A stretch of DNA of 64,000 bases from the human T2T-CHM13v2.0 reference genome, Homo sapiens. The stretch lies in the NCBI RefSeq assembly GCF_009914755.1, contig NC_060930.1; one strand, written 5' to 3'. Below, piece after piece: positions 55,566 to 64,000 of the stretch. Position 1 is the stretch's first letter; every line of letters begins with the position of its first letter. The translations under genes were made by a program, and so were the position numbers. The notes below the pieces were generated by a model. The model was not told the DNA's origin, made no database searches, and was given only the letters and a program-made list of their open reading frames with translations.

Positions 55566-57395
55566 GCATTAACTTGCGGTATTTTTCTGTTAAAATGTTA
55601 ACCGTCCTTCCCCTAGCAAATTTAAAAACAGAAAGAAAATGTTGTACCAGTTACCATTCCGGGTTCGAGCATCACAAGCTTTTGAGCGCATGGAACTCCA
55701 TAAACTAACAAATTACATAAACTAAAGGGGGATTTTCTTTCTTCTTTTGTTTGGTAGAAAATTATCCTTTTCTAAAAACTGAACAATGGCACAATTGTTT
55801 GCTATGTGCACCCGTCCAGGACAGAACCGTGCATAGGCAAAAGGAGTGGAGCACAGCGTCCGGCCCAGTGTGTTTCCGGTTCTGAGTCAGGGTGATCTGT
55901 GGACGGGACCCCAGCACCAAGTCTACGGGTGCCAGATCAGTAGGGCCTGTGATTTCCTGTCAGTGTCCTCAGCTAATGTGAACAGTGTTGGTCTGCTGGT
56001 TAGAAACTAGAATATTGATATTTTCAGGAAAGAAATCAGCTCAGCTCTCCACTCATTGCCAAATGTCACTAAAGGGTTTAGTTTTAAGGAGAAAGAAAAG
56101 GAAAAAAAAAAAAAACAAAAAAGTCCTGTTTTGCTTTGCAGAACAAATGAACTTACAGGTGAGCATTAAGCTTGCAGTGAGAAATGTGCGAAGAGTAAAA
56201 ACCCAAGTCAATGCTGAGGCAGTTCTAACTTCACTGTTTTCCTAAATACACATCCTTGATTATTTTCAGCCTTGCTATATAATCTGATCTGCTAGAAGTG
56301 TATGAGTGAGAGGCAATAGCATACAAACTGATTTTTTAAATATAAGCTTAGGTTGTAATTGTACAAGTGACTCAATGGAAGTACAAAATAGGGCAGTTTT
56401 AACTTTTTTTTCTGCTTCTATGGATTTCATTTTGTTGTGTTTTCAAAAAGTTATGGTGCTGTATAGGTGCTTTCTGTTTAACCTGGAAAGTGTGATTATA
56501 TTCGTTACCTTCTTTGGTAGACGGAATAGTTGGGACCACCTTTGGTACATAAGAAATTGGTATAACGATGCTCTGATTAGCACAGTATATGCATACTTCT
56601 CCAAAGTGATATATGAAGACTCTTTTCTTTGCATAAAAAGCATTAGGCATATAAATGTATAAATATATTTTATCATGTACAGTACAAAAATGGAACCTTA
56701 TGCATGGGCCTTAGGAATACAGGCTAGTATTTCAGCACAGACTTCCCTGCTTGAGTTCTTGCTGATGCTTGCACCGTGACAGTGGGCACCAACACAGACG
56801 TGCCACCCAACCCCCTGCACACACCACCGGCCACCAGGGGCCCCCTTGTGCGCCTTGGCTTTATAACTCCTCTGGGGGTGATATTGGTGGTGATCACAGC
56901 TCCTAGCATAATGAGAGTTCCATTTGGTATTGTCACACGTCTCCTGCCTCGCTTGGGTTGCCATGTTTGAGCGATGGCCCTGTTGATTTCACCCTGCCTT
57001 TTACTGAATCTGTAAATTGTTGTGCAATTGTGGTTATAGTAGACTGTAGCACATTGCCTTTTCTAAACTGCTACATGTTTATAATCTTCATTTTTAAAGT
57101 ATGTGTAATTTTTTTAAGTATGTATTCTATTCATATGGTCTGCTTGTCAGTGAGCCAGACTTGCTTACTATATTCCTTTATAATAATGCTAGCCACTTCC
57201 TGGATTCTTTAGTAATGTGCTGTATGCAAGAACTTTCCAGTAGCAGTGAAGGAGGGTTGCCTCTCCAAGCTTCCTAAGGGATGCTGCCCTGTGTGGGGAT
57301 GCATTGCAGAGGCACTAGTAGCATGGGGGCTAGAGTGGGGAGCGAGATGTAAAAGGGTGGGGGGATAGGAGAATTCCAGAGTGCTTCCAGCATTA
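55566..57395 (+). promoter_or_regulatory. Further miRNA seeds, including four for miR-155
   Basis: miR-155: GCATTAA 55566, AGCATTAA 56162, AGCATTA 56639 and 57389. miR-23 AATGTGAA 55975, miR-182 TTGCCAAA 56056, miR-29 TGGTGCT 56454. Confidence 0.7.
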
Positions 57396-58837
57396 GGGTC
57401 CTGAGAACTTCTGAGTTCAGAGAAACATGCAAAGTGACTAACAAAATAGCTACTTACCTTTGCAGTTTTACAGACCCTGGGAGCTGCTTTGGGAGTGAGA
57501 AAGGCAACCCTCCAATGTGTTTCAACTTTAAAATGTTGAATTCTTTTCAGACATGGTATCTCATTTATTCTCCTTTTCTAGCGTTTGTTGAATTTCAGGC
57601 AGAATGTCTTACAGAATGTCCTAGAACCAGATTATCATTTAATCTGAAACAGCTGAGGAAGGGACAGAGAAGGTACAAGGGCAAGGCAGCACAAAACAGA
57701 TCAGGAGAATGAAGAGGGAATGCTTTGGTTTTTTGTTTTGTTTTGTTTTTTCTTTTTCAAGTAACTAAAACAGCATCTACATGTAGAGTGTTGTGGAGAG
57801 CTGAGACCAGGGTAAAGTCAAGTGCAGCATCAGTACTGCGAGACCCACCAGCCCCTGGAGAGGGTCAGCCGAGAATCTGGTAGTGAAGCCTGTCTAGGGT
57901 CCCGGCACCCTCACCCTCAGCCACCTGCAGAGAGGCCAGGGCCCCAGAGACTAGCCTGGTTCTGAAGTGGGCAGGGGTGCTGCCAGAGCCCTCTGCCCCT
58001 TATGTTGAGACCCTGCTTTCAGGACAGGCCAGCCGTTGGCCACCATGTCACATTCTGAGTGAGTGTCACAGGTCCCTAACAATAATTTTCTGATCTGGAG
58101 CATATCAGCAGAATGCTTAGCCTCAAGGGGCCTGGCAGCTGTAATGTTTGATTTATGATGAGAACTATCCGAGGCCACCCTTGGCCTCTAAATAAGCTGC
58201 TCTAGGGAGCCGCCTACTTTTTGATGAGAAATTAGAAGAGTACCTAATGTTGAAAACATGACATGCGCTCTTGGGATCTGCTGTTCTCTCCAGGGCTCCA
58301 GAACCTGATACCTGTTACCAAAGCTAGGAAAGAGCTTTATCACAAGCCTTCACTGTCCTGGCATGAGAACTGGCTGCCAGGCTCAGTGTACCCCATTAAC
58401 TGTGAATGAATCTGAGCTTGGTTTCCTTTATTGCTTCCTCTGCAATATGATTGCTGAAACACATTTTAAAAATTCAGAAGCTTGTCACTCCTGTTAATGG
58501 GAGGATCAGTCACACATGTGTAGTACAAGGCGGACTTTGTGTTTGTTTTTGGTGTTAATTTTTAGCATTGTGTGTGTTGCTTCCCCACCCTGAGGAGAGG
58601 ACACCATGGCTTACTACTCAGGACAAGTATGCCCCGCTCAGGGTGTGATTTCAGGTGGCTTCCAAACTTGTACGCAGTTTAAAGATGGTGGGGACAGACT
58701 TTGCCTCTACCTAGTGAACCCCACTTAAAGAATAAGGAGCATTTGAATCTCTTGGAAAAGGCCATGAAGAATAAAGCAGTCAAAAAGAAGTCCTCCATGT
58801 TGGTGCCAAGGACTTGCGAGGGGAAATAAAAATGTTA

Positions 58838-59146
<309 letters not shown>

Positions 59147-60096
59147 TTAGGCATAATGTTAAAAAAAAAAATTTTTTTTTGGTAGAAATGCAATCACCAG
59201 TAAAGAGGTACGAAAAAGCTAGCCTCTCTCAGAGACCGGGGAGGCAGAGTACTACTAGAGGAAGTGAAGTTCTGATGGAATCATGCCTGTCAAATGAGGT
59301 CTTGAAGCGGATGCCCAAATAAAAGAGTATATTTTATCTAAATCTTAAGTGGGTAACATTTTATGCAGTTTAAATGAATGGAATATTTTCCTCTTGTTTA
59401 GTTGTATCTGTTTGTATTTTTCTTTGATGAATGATTGGTCATGAGGCCTCTTGCCACACTCCAGAAATACGTGTGCGGCTGCTTTTAAGAACTATGTGTC
59501 TGGTCACTTATTTCTCTAAAATTATCTCATTGCCTGGCAATCAGTCTTCTCTTGTATACTTGTCCTAGCACATTATGTACATGGGAAATGTAAACAAATG
59601 TGAAGGAGGACCAGAAAAATTAGTTAATATTTAAAAAAATGTATTGTGCATTTTGGCTTCACATGTTTAACTTTTTTTAAGAAAAAAGTTGCATGAATGG
59701 AAAAAAAAATCTGTATACAGTATCTGTAAAAACTGTCTTATCTGTTTCAATTCCTTGCTCATATCCCATATAATCTAGAACTAAATATGGTGTGTGGCCA
59801 TATTTAAACACCTGAGAGTCAAGCAGTTGAGACTTTGATTTGAAGCACCTCATCCTTCTTTCAATGCGAACACTATCATATGGCATTCTTACTGAGGATT
59901 TTGTCTAACCATATGTTGCCATGAATTAACTCTGCCGCCTTTCTTAAGGATCAAAACCAGTTTGATTTGGGAATCTTCCCCTTTCCAAATGAAATAGAGA
60001 TGCAGTACTTAACTTTCCTTGGTGTTTGTAGATATTGCCTTGTGTATTCCACTTAAAACCGTAATCTAGTTTGTAAAAGAGATGGTGACGCATGTA

Positions 60097-60102
60097 AATA
60101 AA
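60097..60102 (+). terminator. Main polyadenylation signal
   Basis: AATAAA with upstream UGUA motifs (60072, 60093) and a downstream U/C-rich tract (60135-60162). Confidence 0.8.
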
Positions 60103-63100
60103 GCATCAGTGACACTCTATCTTACTCCAAGAAGTCTCTTTGTTCTCCCTCCCCCTTTCTTGAACCCTAGGAATAAAATGGCAGTTTCTCTCAAGGTCTT
60201 CCTGTGGAATTCCCCCACAGGCTGGGAGAGCCACAAAGCTGAGAGACTCTTATCACAAAATCTTTAAATGAACCTAGTAAACGTTTTCTCTGGCCCGCTT
60301 CTGACCTCCACAGACAACAGACAACTTAATAAAGGAAGATTTATGGCATAGTTCATGGTGGCTGATAGCCACTTTTGGTGTGTTCTGAGTCATGTTGCCC
60401 AGGGAGCTTTGAATAAGTGGGGAGTTGGGACTTAGAGACGGCCCTCACTGAGCGTCTGAGGTTTTAACTTGTCGGTTGCTTGACCTGGATGAGGTCTTCC
60501 TCACCTGAGTCCAACACATGAACGTTGGTTGGCAACAGTGCCCTCCTGCCCGACCTGCATACTGAAAGTCAGACATGACACTTCAGGCTTCTGGTGGCAA
60601 CAGCGTAAACATTTCCTCTGTGTGTACCTTTAGGGCCTCCTCAGTTAAGTGAGAGGGAACTCCACCTGTTGTAAAACTATTCTTAGTAGTCTGGATTGTG
60701 TTTTTTCATTTTAATAGCCATATAAAATTATTCAGATGATTCAGAATAAGCAGGATCTATTTTAAGGTCCCACATGATAGGTTCTTACTTCAGATCAAGG
60801 AGGTGAAAGGTTTTAAAGTTGGGAATTTGGGATAAATTCTGTATTGGTGGTGTGTAAGTTTTTCTTCACCATTGTTTTAATTACTTACAAAGGTAAAACT
60901 TCACCGTCTCCTAATGCCAAAGCCTACTGGGGATGGGTATTTCACTTGAGATTACTTCCCAATTTTTATTCTGTCTTCCAGAGGTTTAAAGATGGAACTC
61001 TAATACCAGTTATGACAAGATTCTTAGTAGAGAGTTCTCCACAACCAGGTAAAAATGCAACCAAAAACTAGTAAGTTAATTTAATGATCGACAGTTACGA
61101 AGCCAACCTCCAGTGTGGCAGTGGGCTAGCCTTTGTGATGGGCGGGCACCAGGAGAACGAGGATCTGTGCCTGCCCCGTAAGGGTATGTGGTCTAGGAGT
61201 GATCTGTCTACTCCACCTGGAGGGATAAAGGGCCAGCTGCTTACTCTCCTGCTTCAGCTTCTTGTTTAAAAGAGGAAGAGTTTGGACTAGTTAATCTCAA
61301 ACATATGAGGGATTTGATTTTGCAGTTTATTCAATAATGAGGGCAAAGCTTTAGGCCGGCAGATGTTACTTTGATGTGTATCAGCCAAGTCACCCATACC
61401 ACAGCTGGGATATAGGGGTCCCAGGCAGAGAATTCATAGCCACCATTCTGGCAGACACTGGCACACACACACCCACAGCACCCACAACCCCAACCCTGAG
61501 ACATGGGAAGTAGACGGCTGTGGGTTGGTGGTGGGGTGCAGTCTGCGGTGCCCTGAGCTGCTTGCAGCCCTGTGGTGGGAGCCAGCAGGGGAGAGTATTT
61601 GAGGGGTGGAAGTGAGAGAGAGGCACTCAGAAAAGGGGCCCACTCCAGCTCTGCTTTCCTCTCCATCAGAGAAAAGCAGTGGCGCTGGGCCCAGAGGAAC
61701 AGACACATTTGGAGCAGGAGGAAGAGTCCTTTCCCCCGGATTTTCCTAATTCAAAAGCCGAAAGAGGAAGACTGTCAGCAATGTTTAAGACTGGAAGAAA
61801 ATTAGATTATGTGTGTGCACGCATGTGTGTGTGTAGTTCTGCCTACCAACCATCACATAGTAATGGCTCAGAACTGTTGGGGTTTGCCTACCTTCTCTGA
61901 GGACTTGCTAGAAACACATGACAAACATCTCCACTCACACTTTGGGAGGAGAAATCCCAATGCCCTGCTAGTATTGGCACAGGATCTCTTCTGTGCATCC
62001 TATGATCATTCCTCCACCAGCACTCGTGTGTGCCAGGCGCTGTGCTTGTGTTGGTGAGATGAGTTGAAGGGGCTGAGCTGAAGTGTGTAGGCCTGTTGGC
62101 ATGAACTTGAGCACCTGAGTCCCGTGAATGCTGCTAAGGATAGGATGGAGGGACAGAGGAAGTTAACATTTGAGCTAAAAGGCAGAAATGAATCAGGCTT
62201 TCTGGCTGAAGTGATGAATTCCAAAGACAGGAAGGATTGGAACATGCTCAGGAAACTGAGAGGTGAGCTTGTTTGGGATTTAAAGAGCTCAAAGAAGGCG
62301 AGAAATCAGGCAAGAAAAGAAGGCTGCCCAGAAACTCGAGACCAAGGAGCTTGGAGTTTGCGATTGAGCATGGGAAACCAGCAGGGTGGTGGCCTAGTCA
62401 GAGCTGGCCTTTGGGAAGGGCCCCAGGGCACACTGTAGGAATGGATTCTAGAAGGAAGATGAAGAAATGAGAAAGCATGGTAATTCTAGAACTGTTCTCT
62501 CAACCAGGCACCCACAGAGAGATGCTTATGTGCCCCACTGGAAAGGCGGAGAAAACTGCTTCGGGTTTCAGGTGACCAACTCAGCTCTCCCAGCCACAGG
62601 CCCTGGAGATCGCCCTAAGGGCTAAGGGAGCCATAGCTCACACCCCTGCAACTTTCCAACCAAGTTGGGAAGCTCTGATCTGGAAGAAATGATAAATTTG
62701 GTAATGGGTTAAGTCTAGAGGAGGGAGGCAAGGGCGTTTGGATTTCAACTCTTCACCTGGTGTACCATTTTATCAAAGTGGGAGTGTATTATACTTAGAT
62801 AAATATAGCTTCTAAAAACCTATTGGGAGAGGCTGGCTTTGACTCAGACTGGAGGGAGTAAGGAGTAAGATGGGAGAAGGGTATTGGGGAGTAGAAGTAG
62901 AAGTGATGAGGTGACTATACTGTTGAAGGAATCTCACTGACAAATGAATAGTATTGTTACAAATTTGTATCTCCATCACCTTGGGTTTCCTTAACTTCCT
63001 CCTATCAACATCTTGGATATCATAGTATAGGAAGTACCTAATCAGAAGAAAGGAATATTATGCATCTATCAAAACAATAATTATGAAAACTATGCATATA

Positions 63101-63539
63101 TGTAAAAAAACACTCATTTTGGACACATGCTTAGAAGGGTAATTATTGTTTTTATATTGTAACCTTGTATGTTGATATATAAGAATAAAAGCAAAATACA
63201 AGTAATACGTAGTAGTATAAAACTGGCTGGGAGAAGTGCTAAAAGGTAAAATGTAAAAATAATTCTTGTGTCCTGGACTCTGTGGTCCTCACTACTGGAC
63301 TCAGGCCCTTGGTATTGCCACCAGAGTTGGATAGTGTATGAGCTGCACCTGAGCCCCAGCAGTGAGGGATCAGGAAGACATGGCCCCCTCAGTAGGGGAG
63401 GAGGGAGGGACTCTTCCTCCCACTAAGGTGCACCCAGTGGATAACTCCAAGTAGGAAGGGAGTTCTCATGCTGGGACATGCCCTCAAAATGACACATGTC
63501 CATTGTAGGAGGACAATTGAGTCATGGCATTTTGTCACA

Positions 63540-64000
63540 AAATTGTTTTCATTTTGTTGCACTTTGTTTTAAAATTAATATCTTGAAAGGTAGTGCATTC
63601 ACACGATTCAAAAGCCAGAAAGCATGAAAAGACACACACTGGGAATGTTTTCCTCCCATCTTTGTCCTCTTATCTGCTTAGTTCCTCCCACCCCAGAATT
63701 CCTTACGTTTCCTTCCAGAATGTCTTATGTACCTACAAGTAATAAAAACACAGATTCTTATTTTCCCCTCTTATTACACAAAATGTACATCATACATGCT
63801 GTATATACACAGGCATCTTGCTTTTTAAATGATTTTCCCCAAGATGGAGGAGATTTTAATACATAGAAAGCTTCCTCATTCTTTTTATAGTTACATAGTA
63901 TTCCATTGTATTAATTTGTCATAATTGATTTAACCAGTAGTCCCCTGTTGATAGATACTGGACATTGGATTGTTTGCAGATGTTTGCTATTACCGGCCAC
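63540..64000 (-). mobile_element. Old L1ME-like fragment
   Basis: cctcattctttttatagttacatagtattccattgta...tttaaccag...tcccctgttgat...gacattggattgtt. Confidence 0.6.

Overview
Primate (human-like) genomic DNA covering the 3' half of FOXO3 on the + strand. It contains ~38.8 kb of the long intron that splits the forkhead domain, the 1435-nt coding exon (38806-40240, N208 to G673 plus stop), a 14.9-kb intron inside the 3' UTR (40241-55176), a ~4.9-kb terminal UTR exon ending near AATAAA 60097, and ~4 kb of downstream DNA. The introns distinguish it from the processed copy FOXO3B. About 17 Alu elements or fragments and several older repeats are present, and there is no other credible protein-coding gene. 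Most notable observations: (1) a candidate internal first exon near 31.7-31.9 kb whose AUGs splice into a +1 frame overlapping FOXO3, giving a 156-aa alt-ORF that should antagonise FOXO3-short and trigger NMD; (2) a 39-bp inverted templated insertion inside a nested AluY, copied from 1.9 kb away beside a snap-back duplication; (3) the Alu layout and an open back-splice frame of circFOXO3; (4) a bistable hairpin packed with GATA motifs. All of these need the listed checks. I see no clear evidence of a wholly new biological system.
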